64,000 nt of DNA, from assembly GCA_951406725.2 (NCBI GenBank), contig OX597814.1, forward strand, positions 77,500,001 to 77,564,000, in the 5' to 3' direction. A program made the translations under genes and the position numbers. The notes under the pieces are model-generated. The model had not been told where the DNA came from. It did no database searches and saw only the letters and a list, made by a program, of their open reading frames with translations. The stretch is from Octopus vulgaris. Taxonomy: Eukaryota. Below are positions 1 through 12,729 of this stretch, piece by piece; the stretch's first letter is position 1; each line of letters begins with the position of its first letter.

Positions 1-44
1 TTCGAACAGAGATTGTCAGAAGCGACACCTACTGGTCTGGCTAC

Positions 45-86
45 GCTACATTGAAAAGGGGCAATACCCCGAAACGCGTCTGTAGC
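45..86 (+). ncRNA. Minimal type I hammerhead ribozyme, U3-A8 core variant
   Basis: GCTACA-TTGAAAA-GGGG caata CCCC-GAAA-CGCG-TC-TGTAGC: perfect 6-bp helix I, 4-bp helix II, palindromic minimal helix III (ACGCGT), GUC cleavage triplet. Confidence 0.8.
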
Positions 87-250
87 TGCCGGTCAAGTAG
101 TGTGGAGCGACTGACCTCCCTTGTTTGAAGGTTATATGGATACAGTTTGTGTATCAAATAGCTAACTTAAGGCGATGGCCTCATGGAGCTAATAAGCGGA
201 CAGCTTTATTCTTATTTTTATAAGAATGCCATATTAGTATGGCGATAACT

Positions 251-295
<45 letters not shown>

Positions 296-296
<1 letters not shown>

Positions 297-980
297 TCAT
301 CATCATTTAATGTTCGCTTTCCATGCTAGCATGAGTTGGATGTGTGACTGAGGGCTGGCGAACCAGATGGCTGCACCAGGCTTCAATCTTGATCTGGCAG
401 AGTTTCTACAGCTGGATGCCCTTCCTAACACCAACCACTCTGAGAGTGTAGTGGGTGCTTTTACATGCCACCGGCACAGAGGCCAGATAGCCACTCTTAC
501 AACGATCATGCTCAGATGCTGCTCTTAATACCCTACTAGCACAGGGCTCGAGTGCCAGTAGTGCGACGCTGGTAACAATCACGCTCAAATGGTGCCTTTT
601 AAGTGCCACTAGCACGGAAGCCAGTTAGCTGCTCTGTCAGCGATCACACTCGTATGGTGCTCTTTGCACGGACGCCAGTCATCGAATTTGATTTTGATTT
701 TTGATTTTTGATTTCTGATTTCACTTGCCTCAACAGGTCTTTGCAAGCAGAGTTTTAGTGTCCACAGAAGGAAAGGTGCGCATAAGTGGGCTGGTAATGC
801 CCCTGGCATAGGCCATGAAATTATGGTCTCATTTGGCTTGCCTGGTCTTCTCACGCACAGCATATTTCCAAAAGTCTTGGTCCCTAGTCATTTCCTTAGT
901 GAGGCCCAAAGTTCGAAGGTCGTGCTTCACAACTTCATCCCAGGTCTTCCTGGGTCTACCTCTTCCACAGGTTCCCTCAT
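296..980 (-). mobile_element. RTE-clade LINE 3' fragment (ORF end plus 3' UTR, (ATG)n tail)
   Basis: Minus strand encodes EGTCGRGRPRKTWDEVVKHDL; carries the ctacagctggatgcccttcctaa UTR motif shared with many copies in the window. Confidence 0.85.
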
Positions 981-1218
981 TACATTAAAATAGAAAATGA
1001 CTCCCCTCACCTCTGCACACAAGGGAAATATTTAATAAATTAGTCCAGGCATAATTGCAATCATACACACATACGCGTTTCACACATATATATACACATT
1101 CATATGTAAAGATGATAATTGCCAGTAACAATGACAATTTTTTATAACATTCTATATAATTGTACATAACATATAAAACACTAAAATCTAGTTATGGAAA
1201 ATAAAAACAAAGTTTTCA

Positions 1219-1765
1219 TCAATGACCATCTCCTACTTTCTCCATCAAATCGTCACATATTTTCGTGAGTTCTTTTATTTGATTTTTCTTTAATTCAAGC
1301 TCATTTTGTAGTTCAGCAATTTTCATATCTTTGTGTTTACCTGAAGCTTCAAGACATGAGGTATCAATTGTCAATTTCTTCAAGGCTGCTACTTCCTTTT
1401 CAAGGTTAGCTTGAGTTTCTTGACTTTCTTTCTTCAGTGTGACAAGTGCCACTTTTCCTTCTTTTACTTTTGCTACCATATCCTTAACCCTTTAGTATTT
1501 AAACCGGCCATATCCGGCCAAAATATTTAATCTGTTTTATGTTCAAAATGACCAGATCCAGGCCCTCACACCTACCCTACAATGTGATTCTACATTAGGT
1601 AATTACACCATCAAGATCTTGAAGATATGAGATAATGCATGATTAATTCAAATCAATGTGAATCAATAAGCATTATGTTTGATAGAATAATCAGAACACT
1701 AAAGGGTTAACATGGTTCTTTAACATTTCTTCATTCTTTTTCAAGCTTTCTATTATTGTCTTTGT
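1219..1765 (-). pseudogene. TACC-domain (transforming acidic coiled-coil) C-terminus, intronless, interrupted by a MITE
   Basis: Removing 1488-1706 plus one TTAA gives TKTIIESLKKNEEMLKNHVKDMVAKVKEG...KELTKICDDLMEKVGDGH*, matching the TACC motifs KNEExLK and ELTxICDDLxxK; truncated upstream by (TA)n and a PLE. Confidence 0.7.
1488..1706. mobile_element. piggyBac-type MITE with TTAA target-site duplication
   Basis: TTAA at 1484-1487 and 1707-1710; TIRs ccctttagt / actaaaggg; removing it restores the host reading frame. Confidence 0.85.
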
Positions 1766-1914
1766 ATTATATATATATATATAAGTTCAGCAAAATTTAG
1801 ATTCAGATGAATATGGTACGTAAGTCAAAGGCACCAGAATTTTGTATGGTATTATCCATATAAATTAAATGGGGTGATTATAATCAAAATAAGCAACAAG
1901 TATATCTGAGGTAG

Positions 1915-2002
1915 AGTAGTACAATTGTTTCATGCTACTTCATTTTATTAAACACTGTAAGTATTACATCAGTTTTAAAATGTCAAGCAATCTTCAGCCA
2001 CT
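1915..2002 (-). ncRNA. Type I hammerhead ribozyme with long helix II (inverted copy of 4113-4200)
   Basis: AGTGG-CTGAAGA-ttgct...agcat-GAAA-CAATTG-TA-CTACT on the minus strand. Confidence 0.6.
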
Positions 2003-2513
2003 TATAGAATTTTCCAATCAAACGGACAATGCACATTCTTATCTCTATTTCATTTGCCAACATTATAAAGAGGGTAGATATATAGACAGAGAGGTTGATT
2101 TCATTCCTAAGAACATGATAGCAGTATATTCACTCTTTGACTGTAGATTTTAGCTAGACTAAATAGAAAAAAAATCAAGTTAGCTAGAAATGGAATAAAT
2201 AGTAACAACAATAATAATGATAATAATAGTAATAATAATAATAATAATTATTATTATTATTATTATTATTATAGCATTAATATTAACAATAATAATGATA
2301 ATATCAATGATATAAATGATAAAAATAAAGATGTGGAATGTGAGGAAATTGGGAAAAGATTAATAACAAACAACCCTAACTTACATAACAATATAATTAT
2401 AGATAAGGGAAATAACACTAATGCTAATAATAGCTCTAGTAATGAAAATGAAAACAGCTTTTCCTAAATAATACTTGTTCCTAAATAATACTAATACCAG
2501 GAATCATCCCCCC

Positions 2514-2910
2514 AGCTGTAATTGTAGAATTAGATCAAAATGTCCAGTATCTGGTCACTGTCTGGTTCAAAATGTAATTTATAAATGTACAATAATGACA
2601 ATAATAGCTATCTTTATTTCGGATGTTCGGTAGACCTAAAAAAACGTTTGAACAACCATTTTTCTTCTTTTGGACTTAAACATAAGGCGGATTGCACAAC
2701 GCTGTCCAGTAAAATTTGGGAACTGAAAGAAAATAATATCGAATTTAACCTAAAATGGGATATAATAAAAATAGTAGAGATGGATGCGAACATTGTTTTG
2801 TAGAGACATACGAAATTTTAAAGCCTAGGAATAATACAAACTTATTGAATAACCATTCCAAACTAGGAGTATCTTGTATATATTGTGCTACCCGTACATT
2901 CAAGTATTTT
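2514..2910 (+). pseudogene. PLE GIY-YIG endonuclease remnant
   Basis: SCNCRIRSKCPVSGHCLVQNVIYKC, then after a frameshift YLYFGCSVDLKKRLNNHFSSF...TTLSSKIWELK...LKWDII. Confidence 0.75.
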
Positions 2911-4112
2911 AAATAATAACATTCTGACCATACCTAAATTTTCAAATCCTAATATTTTGTAACCAAATAAAAAATTAATATACCATATTAGCTTTTATTT
3001 AACCTGCATAGATTACTAAGAAATTCCATTATATATATAAATCTAAATATAATGAAATTAGAATTTTTTTTATACTCTCCTATATAGGATGAAAAAAATT
3101 CTATATATCTAGGGAAATTACTTGGTTCATCTTGATTACCTCCTTTCCATTACTTTTTAATATATCTTATAGACTCCTGATATATTTACTAAATTGATGA
3201 AGTTTTTCTCCACAGTTAGTAAATATTATGTCTAACATATTCTTTTAATTCGACTCATTAATAAAAAAAATCACCATTTACCAGCTAATTATGATTCTAT
3301 ATTAATAGAAATGGAGATATATAAATATGAAATAATTGCAAAAAATTCTATATATTTAGAGAAATTACTTGGTTCATCTTGATTACCTCCCTTCCATTAC
3401 TTTTTAATATATCTTTATTGACTCCTGATATATGTGCTAAATTAATAAAGTTTTTTTTCCACAGTTAGTAAATATTATGTATAACATTTTCTTTTAATTC
3501 AACTCATTAAAAAATCACCATTTACTGGCTAATTATGATTATATATTAATAGAAATGGATATATATATATATTTATATAAATATGAAATGATTTCTATAT
3601 TTTCTATCCCTATATAAGATACTAATATTTATTGAAATCCTTTAGAAAATTATCTAAAGAACATTTACTTAAATTTCTTAATATGGAATCTGGATGTTAA
3701 ATGGTAAGGGATATTAAAACCTCTAGAGCACTAGTAGTCTATGTTCCCCTACCCCTCTAACTTCAACCTACTAGCTTTTTGCTATAATACATTCAAATGT
3801 ATCTAAACTGAATTCCTGGAAATTGGAATAGGTTTATGGTTTTGACATTTGTACTACCCCTTCCTATATCTATAAATAGAAAAAAATTCTTTGTCTCCAT
3901 TCAACCAAAAATAAAATCACCCTCCCCACTGACAGATCTAAATAACAAAGTGAGCTCAATGATAAAATCTAAAGTCAGAGAGTGAATATACTGCTATCAT
4001 ATTCTTAAGAATGAAATCAACCTCTCTGTCTATATATCTACCCTCTTTATAATGTTGGCAAATGAAATAGAGATAAGAATGTGCATTGTCCATTTGATTG
4101 GAAAATTCTATA

Positions 4113-4200
4113 AGTGGCTGAAGATTGCTTGACATTTTAAAACTGATGTAATACTTACAGTGTTTAATAAAATGAAGTAGCATGAAACAATTGTACTACT
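4113..4200 (+). ncRNA. Type I hammerhead ribozyme with long helix II
   Basis: Helix I AGTGG/CTACT; canonical CTGAAGA and GAAA; helix II TGCT/AGCA extended by CATTTTA/TAAAATG; palindromic helix III ACAATTGT; GUA site; U.U at 10.1/11.1. Confidence 0.6.
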
Positions 4201-4285
4201 CTACCTCAGATATACTTGTTGCTTATTTTGATATATATATATATATATATATATATTCACTTAGAGATTTATTATTGCTTATACG

Positions 4286-4323
<38 letters not shown>

Positions 4324-4677
4324 GAGACAGACAGATAGATAGATATGTATATGCACATGCATATACAGATGCACAGAGATACCAACATACGTACGTAGGT
4401 ACCTACAAACAGACATACATATAAACTTGTTACCAGTAGAAATATGTTTCAGACATGTTCACTGCATTTTCTCATAGAGAAAATATTCTGACCATGGACA
4501 CAAAAAAGGTGTAAACACAACAGGAGAAGTAGTCTGGTGGCAGGGACAATGCCAACTGCTTTACATACTGTTCAAAGGCATTTTATTCAGAGAAACAAGA
4601 TGATTTCTGAACAGAACAGTCAACATTGACCTATGACAGACAGCTGATGACATATATATATATATATATATATATAT

Positions 4678-5247
4678 CATCATCATCATCATCATCATCA
4701 TCGTTTAACATCCGCTTTCCATGCTAGCATGGGTTGGACGGTTCAACTGGGGTCTGGCAAGCCCGAAGGCTGCACCAGGTCAGTCAGATCTGGCAGTGTT
4801 TCTACAGCTGGATGCCCTTCCTAACGCCAACCACTCCGAGAGTGTAGTGGGTGATTTTATGTGCCACCGACACAGGTGCCAGACGAGGCTGGCAGACGGC
4901 CACGCTCGGATGGTGTTTTTTATGTGCCACCGACACAGGTGCCAGACGAGGCTGGCAGACGGCCACGCTCGGATGGTGTTTTCTTATGTGTCACCGACAC
5001 AGGTGCCAGACGAGGCTGGCGAACGGCCACACTCGGATGGTGTTTGTTACGTGCCCTCAGCACGGAGGCCAGTTGATGCGGTACTGGCTACGGTCACGTT
5101 CGGATGGTTTTCTTATGTGCCACCGGCACTGGTACCACAAGGATGCAAATTCAATTGATGTTCATCTATTTTGATTTGGTTTGATTTGATTTGATTTGAT
5201 TTGATTTGATTTTCACTTGCCTCAACAGGTCTTCACAAGTGTCACAA

Positions 5248-5248
<1 letters not shown>
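4678..5248 (-). mobile_element. RTE 3' UTR fragment with internal ~63-64-bp tandem repeats
   Basis: (CAT)n tail; same UTR as the other RTE copies; gtgccaccgacacaggtgccagacgagg unit at 4861, 4924 and 4988. Confidence 0.8.
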
Positions 5249-6342
<1,094 letters not shown>

Positions 6343-6429
6343 TAATCCAAACGGGAAACAAAAAAACAACAACAAGGGAACAATTACAGTATTATTATTA
6401 ATAGGCGCTCAGGAAATGGAAGCAGGGAG

Positions 6430-6467
6430 GTATGACGTTTCGAGCGGAGCTCTTCGTCGGAAACATA
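6430..6467 (-). ncRNA. Hammerhead-like motif (CCGACGA variant) at the PLE 3' end
   Basis: CCGACGA-A-GAGC tcc GCTC-GAAA-CG-TC; helix I weak and U4 replaced by C. Confidence 0.35.
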
Positions 6468-9334
6468 AAGAAGGAAGAGAGAGGAAAGAAAGATCCCGGA
6501 GCGGGCAACGGAGATAGAGAAAAAAACGGCTGGTGTTAGCAGAAGCACATGGTGAAAGGCGGATGTTTACGATAACAAGAGCAAAGTGGGTTTTTAAAGG
6601 CAAAAGAGTGGAGACAAGGTTGGTAACGCAACAGATGTGTGTGTATGTGTGAGTGTGTGCGTGTGCGTGTGTGTATGTGTGTGTGTGAGGCGAGGTAAAA
6701 AAACAAAAAATATATGTATGTGTTAGTGTGTGCGTCTGTGTGTAGGCGTGTGAGGTAGGGCGAGACGGTGGTCAGCATAGCAGCAGCATAGCAGACAAAG
6801 GTCAGTAGTGAGAAAAGGGAGGAAGGAGGAAGGGAGGGAGGGGAAGGGGTGGGGGCGTATGTAGCGTGCCAGCGTGTGTTGAGTAGTAGTGTGTGTGTGT
6901 GTCCAGTGTCGTGGTAGTATTAGTGGCGAGTAGATTGAATGTGTGTAAGAGTGATGTATATGTTTGAGCAATGTGTGTATATGTGTGCGCGTGTGTGTAA
7001 CGAAAAAAAAGGGGGGGGGGTTAGGAAAAGGACTCCAGCGGAGGGGAAGATGGAGGAGTGGTCCCGCGGAGACGGGCGTGGGAAAACCCAACGACAAGCG
7101 ACATCCCAGGAACGGGCGGGAGGTCTCCAAGGGCGAGGTGCATGCGGGCGCATGCGTGCGCGAACCGGCGCAAACGCGTGTGTGCGCGAGCCTGCGAGTG
7201 TGCGCGTACGTATGTGTGCGTGTGGATGTGTGAGTGTGTCTGTGTGTATGTCTGGGTGGCAGTGTGTCCGATGAATGTATGTGAGTATGTGTGTATATAT
7301 GTGTGTGCATAGATGTATGTCCGTGTGTGTGTGTGTGTGTGTATGTGTGTATGTATGTACGTGTGGGTGTGGGGAAGTGTGTGTATGTGCATGTGTGTGC
7401 GCGAACATACAGGTGTGTGAGTGAGTGCGTGTGTGTGTATGTATGTGTGAGTGTGTATGTATGTGTGTGTAGGATGCATGTATGTGTATGGGTGTATGTA
7501 TGCGTGTGTGTATGTATGTATGTGTACGTGCGTGTGTGTGTGTGTATGCGTGTAGGTGTGCGCGTGTGCATGCGTGCATGTATGTGCGTATGTGTGTGTG
7601 TGTGCATGTGTGTGGGTATATATGTGTGTGCGTATATGTGTGTGTATGTGCGTACATGTGTGTGTGTGCATGTGTGTGTGTAGGTGTGTAGGCGTGTGTG
7701 TATAGGTGTATGTATGTAAGTATGTATGGGTGTGTCCGTGTATGTGTGTATGTATGTGTGTGTATGTAGCTGTGTGGGCGTGTGTATATGTGTGTGTATG
7801 TAGGTGTGTAGGCGTGTGTATATAGGTGTATGTGTGTATGTCTGGGTGTGTCCGTGCATGTTTGTGTGTGTGTGTGTGTGCATGTGTATGTAGGTGTGTG
7901 TGTACGTGTGTAATGTATGTGTGTATGCGTGTGTATGCGTGCGTGTGTGTATGTAGGTGCGTGTGTATATGTGTGGGAGTGTAGGTGTGTGTGTGCGTGT
8001 GCGTGTTTATGTTGGCGTGTGCGTATGTGAGTGTGAGTGTATGAGTGTTTGTCATGCATGTGTGTGCGCGTGCAGGTGAGTGTGTGTGTAAGTATGTGTG
8101 TGTGTATGTTTGTGTGAGTGTGTATGTGTGTATGTCTGTGTGTATGTATGTGCGTATAGGAGTATGTAGGTATGTGTGTGTGTATGTATATGGGTGTATG
8201 TATGTGTGTGTGTGTGCATGTGTATAAGTATATGCGTGTGTGCGTATGTGTGTGTATGTGTATGTGTGTGTGTTTATGTATGTGTGTATGTATGTGTGTA
8301 GGCGTGAGTGTGTAGATGTATCTATGTATGGGTGTGTGTCAGTGTGTGTTTGTGTGTGTGTAGGTAGATGTGTGTGTCTGAGTGAGGGTATGGCTGTGTA
8401 GGTGTGTGTGTGTATGAATGTAAGTGTGTGCGTATACAAGTGTAATGTATGTATGTGGGTGTGTGTGTGTGTGTATGTGTACGTGTGCGTGTGTATGTGT
8501 GTGTGTGTATGCGTGTGAGTGTGGGTGTATGGGTGTATGTCTGTGTGTGTGTATGTCTGAAGTGGGTATGTGTGTGTATGTATGTATGTGTGTGTGTGTG
8601 CGGGTATGTGTGTGTGTGTATGTGTGTGTGTGAGTAGGTGTGCGTGTATGTATGTGGGTAGGGATGCATGCGAGTGTGTGGGTATGTATGCAAACATACG
8701 CAAGCGCACATCCGAAGCAAGCCCACACACACGAAGCGCGCTCACGCACACAACGCACAAGCAGTGCAACGCAAGCCCAAAGGGGCCGACCGAGCCCCCA
8801 GCGCGCGCCAAGGCGCGCGAGCGCAAAGGCCCTCGAACGCCCCGCTACGCGGGAACCGAGGATCCATCAGCCAAAACCGGAAAGCAGAAAAGAGGGGGGC
8901 TGCCTGGATGCAAAAAGGTGTATGTGTGTGTGCATTCAGTGTACGGGTGTGCATGTGTGGGTATGTATGTATGTATGTGCCTACATGTATGTGTGCATGT
9001 GTGTGTGTGTGAGGTATGTACGTGCGGTGTGTGTGTGTGAGTGTGTGTGTATGTATGTGCGTATGTATGTGTGTGTGTATGTGTGTATGTATGTCTGTGT
9101 GTGTGTGTGTGTGTAAGTATGTATGCGTGTGTGTATGTATGTGTGTGTGTATGTGCATGTGTGTCTGTAAGTGTGTGTGATTAAATGTGTGAATGTATGT
9201 ACGTAGATGGGTCTACGTATGTGTGTGTGTGAACAGGCGTGTGGGAGGTAGGTAGGTGGGTGGGAGGTAGGTGGGTGGGTGTGTGTGGGTGGTGTGTCCG
9301 GAAAAAAAAAAAAAAAAAAAAAAAAAAAACGGTC

Positions 9335-10264
9335 TCAAGAGGAGGGGGCTGTGTTAAGTCCGTGTGGGGTGGTAGTTTGTAGGGTGAAGATGTAGCGTTG
9401 CTCCAAGTGGAGCCTGGAAAGTGGGCGACCATTGTGGGGGGCGAGACCAAACACTGAGATGTCATCTCGGGAATGGCCGGCCGAGCGGAAGTGGCGTGCG
9501 ACGGGAGAAAAAGAGTGTAGGCGAACGTCCCTCAAGTGTTCAGTGAAACGGTCGGACAACCGGCGTCCCGTCTGACCTACATACAGCATCCCGCATAGGT
9601 TGCATTTAATGCAGTAAATAAGGCCAGACGAGGTGCACGTAAAAGAGTGCCTAATGCGTACAGTATGCAGGTTGGAGCCGGTGACAGCGGTGGTGTTGGT
9701 GATGAAGGGGCAAGTGTTGCAGCGGGATCTAGAGCAAGGGAATGATCCGTGTGGGGCTGAGGGGGAAGGGGAGAGGGTGCTGTGGACCAGGAGGTCACGC
9801 AGATTGCGGGCTCGTTTGAAAGAGGACAGGGGTGGGTTAGGGAAAATGGGGCGGGTGGTGGGATCAAGCTGGAGGCGACGGAAGGCACGTAGTATCTTGC
9901 GACGAAGGGGTAGGGTAGAGGGGTGGAAAAGGAGGGGGAAGGGGGTGCGGTTGGGGGGTGGGCGGGGGGAAGGAGACAAGGCGGTAGTGCGGTCGATGCG
10001 ACGGGCGCGGGTGAGGGCATCAGAGAGGAGTGTGGGTGGGTAACCTCGGAGTCTGAACATGCGGGCCAGGTATTGAGATTGGGTCTCGAAATCCTGGTCG
10101 CGGCTGCACAAACGTCGGAGGCGGAGGAACTGGGAGTAGGGGATGGCTCGTTTGGTGTGGAAGGGGTGGGAGGAAGAGAAGTTGAGATAGAGGTGGGAAT
10201 CCGTAGGTTTAAAGAAGGCGGTGGTGGTGAGAGAGCTGGAGGGGTGATCGATGCGGAGAGAGAT
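9335..10264 (-). CDS. PLE RT thumb, Cys linker and GIY-YIG endonuclease (5'-truncated, open frame)
   Basis: FKPTDSHLYLNFSSSHP...IPYSQFLRLRRLCS...PCSRSRCNTC...TCTSSGLIYCIKCNLCGMLYVGQTGRRLSDRFTEH...EQRYIFTLQTTTPHGLN; no internal stops. Confidence 0.88.
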   Translation of the reverse strand: MSLRIDHPSSSLTTTAFFKPTDSHLYLNFSSSHPFHTKRAIPYSQFLRLRRLCSRDQDFETQSQYLARMFRLRGYPPTLLSDALTRARRIDRTTALSPSPRPPPNRTPFPLLFHPSTLPLRRKILRAFRRLQLDPTTRPIFPNPPLSSFKRARNLRDLLVHSTLSPSPSAPHGSFPCSRSRCNTCPFITNTTAVTGSNLHTVRIRHSFTCTSSGLIYCIKCNLCGMLYVGQTGRRLSDRFTEHLRDVRLHSFSPVARHFRSAGHSRDDISVFGLAPHNGRPLSRLHLEQRYIFTLQTTTPHGLNTAPSS

Positions 10265-10284
10265 GTATATATATATATATATAT

Positions 10285-10983
10285 AGTAAACATTATCTGA
10301 GAGAAATTTTCTTTAAGTAGTAGAAATGCTAAGAAAAAATTTTTTTGGCTGCTATTTCTACTAAGTTCAGTATGTGGCAAAGTAATTTATTTTACTAAGC
10401 CCTAATTATATAATGTAATATTTTGAATTCGCCTTAAATGGTCCCTTTACATACTGAACACTTGATGAAATTGATTAATTAATTAATTTTACCCTCAATT
10501 GTTGATATTATAATTCATTTCTCTCGGTCATACTGCCTCGGTTCTCGTGGTTAAAATATAATGTTTGCTAGATAGACCACGTGGGTGGAATGGGGAGTGC
10601 AGAATTTTATGCCTGCGCATTTTGAATTTGTTGACACTGTTTAGTTGGAGTGGTTCATCTGAAGCGACAAGTTCGCTGATAGGTAAAGTTCCTTCTTTTT
10701 AGTGTTTCCAAATCCAAATTAAGAAATTTTGAGCTGACGAAAGAAATGCTGATTTTATTTGGCTAATCTTGAAACGTTGACGTACTCAAACGATCTATGT
10801 ACTTGTGATATTTTTCTGTATTTACCCCCAAACCTTCGTGAGCTGTCTAGAGTAAACATTATCTGAGAGAAATTTTCTTTAAGTAGTAGAAATGCTAAGA
10901 AAAAATTTTTTTTGGCTGCTATTTCTACTAAGTTCAGTATGTGGCAAAGTAATTTATTTTACTAAGCCCTAATTATATAATGT
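10285..10983 (+). mobile_element. ORF-less 1.24-mer of a 566-bp HHR-containing unit (retrozyme-like, or solo PLE pseudo-LTR)
   Basis: ~132-bp direct repeat at 10285-10416 and 10851-10983; canonical HHR inside; (TA)n on both flanks. Confidence 0.7.
10728..10790 (+). ncRNA. Canonical type I hammerhead ribozyme
   Basis: TTTGAG-CTGACGA-AAGA...TCTT-GAAA-CGTTGACG-TA-CTCAAA: 6-bp helix I, all core bases, helix III ACG/CGT with a TTGA loop, GUA site. Confidence 0.85.
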
Positions 10984-11032
10984 TATATATGTATATATAT
11001 ATATATGTATATATATATGTATATATATATAG

Positions 11033-11115
<83 letters not shown>

Positions 11116-11181
11116 ATATATATATGTATATATATATATGATATATATATGTATATATATGTATATATGTATATATATATG

Positions 11182-11242
<61 letters not shown>

Positions 11243-11248
11243 GATATA

Positions 11249-11332
<84 letters not shown>
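10984..11332. repeat. Imperfect (TA)n microsatellite
   Basis: Seen directly; source of several spurious YI-repeat ORFs. Confidence 0.95.
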
Positions 11333-11333
<1 letters not shown>

Positions 11334-11356
11334 CGCAGCAAGTATATACAACACAT

Positions 11357-11608
11357 ACTCGCAGCAAGTATAGATGGGCTGGACATGTCGCCCGGCTTAC
11401 CGATAATCGGTGGATGCACGCAGTTGCTGAGTGGTACCCGCGTGAGCGGAAAAGACCACCCGGAAGACCTCCACGACGTTAGAGTGACGATTTCAAGAGG
11501 ACGATTGGGATCACGTGGATGAGAAATGCGCGATCCAGAGAGGAGTGGACAGCATGCTGTGACTAGCGGTGTCAAATGGACGCCTGACGGACTGGTTGGT
11601 CAAAGTGA
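11357..11608 (+). mobile_element. RTE-clade LINE 3' fragment (second family)
   Basis: [16 protein letters not shown]...[18 protein letters not shown]-terminal motif. Confidence 0.75.
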
Positions 11609-11664
11609 TATATATATATATATGTATATATATATGTATATATATATATGTATATATATATATG

Positions 11665-11710
<46 letters not shown>

Positions 11711-12118
11711 TATATACATATATATATACATTTATATACATATATATATATATATATATAACACATACACGCACACATACATACATACATACATACATAC
11801 ACACTTTTTTATATACATCTGTATTGATTTTCTCATTGGTAATGCCTTTCCCTATATATATGTACAAATGTAATTTTTTTCCCAAATAAATTGAACCTCA
11901 TATTCAAGACTCCAATGAAGCTATAAGTTGTTATTCAAGCACTCAGTTATGAGTCCACTACATCTTATTGTAGAAACAGCAGTAAGCTAATGAAGTTGAA
12001 TCGTTTCTCCTTTTGTCATCTCACTTCCTTATTACTGCTCTATGCTCATCTAACACTTTCTTCTGAAATATATATATATTGAGGTCAATGCCAGGATATT
12101 AGTCTAGCAATTCCTGAG

Positions 12119-12171
<53 letters not shown>

Positions 12172-12396
12172 CATACATACATACACATACACACATACAC
12201 ATGTCTATGTATGTACATTGAAAAATTAGTGTTTTTATAAAAAAAGGATTATTAAACACAATAAAAGTGTAGAGATTCACATTCATTAAAATTTTAATGA
12301 CAATGACTTCAAAGTTTAGCAAAATGCATGGCAAGCTCAAATATTTGGTTAAACTTGGAAGTCACTATCGATAAAATTATAACATACACACACACA

Positions 12397-12722
12397 GAGG
12401 CATAGTTGAGAAGACTACTTCCCAACCATGAATTTTAAGGTTCAATCGAACCATATGTGGGACTTTGCACAAATATCTTCCACTATAACTTCAGGCCAAT
12501 CCTTGCGCACAGATTTGGTAGACAGACATTGAAAGTAACGTGTGTGTGTGCGCGCACGCGCGTGTGTGTGTGCGCGCACACGCGTGTGTGCATGCGGTAC
12601 TTATAAATGCCTGTTGCTATCATACATGTCGTGTTCATTTTCAATCTTCCCTGAAAATATGTCCACCCATTGGTTAAATGTATCCTGCTTGCAAATAGAT
12701 GAGAGTTGGTGACAGGAAGGGC
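12397..12722 (+). mobile_element. Degenerate tRNA-derived SINE
   Basis: Diverged similarity to the SINE head at 60970 (cttcccaaccatg...ggttcaatc...tcttccactata...gatttggtagac). Confidence 0.45.
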
Positions 12723-12729
12723 ATATATA

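Larger units (their letters stand above)
1783..4232. mobile_element. Degenerate AT-rich Penelope-like element with inverted terminal segments, between (TA)n tracts
   Basis: GIY-YIG remnant on + strand; 270-bp inverted repeat 1883-2152 / 3963-4232 carrying HHRs; internal ~245-bp tandem duplication at ~3095-3560. Confidence 0.75.

Noticed and set aside
1932-2153. 73-aa ORF repeated at 3956-4183
   Set aside because: The duplication is explained by the inverted repeat; it is antisense to a hammerhead and has no recognisable domain.
4855-5130. Regularly spaced repeats resembling a CRISPR array
   Set aside because: The units are tandem with no unique spacers, lie in an RTE UTR, and there are no cas genes in this eukaryotic DNA.
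11890-12068. Possible upstream TACC exon (tttcag|KKVLDEHRAVIRK, minus strand)
   Set aside because: Only vague similarity, with an in-frame stop; cannot be supported without alignment.
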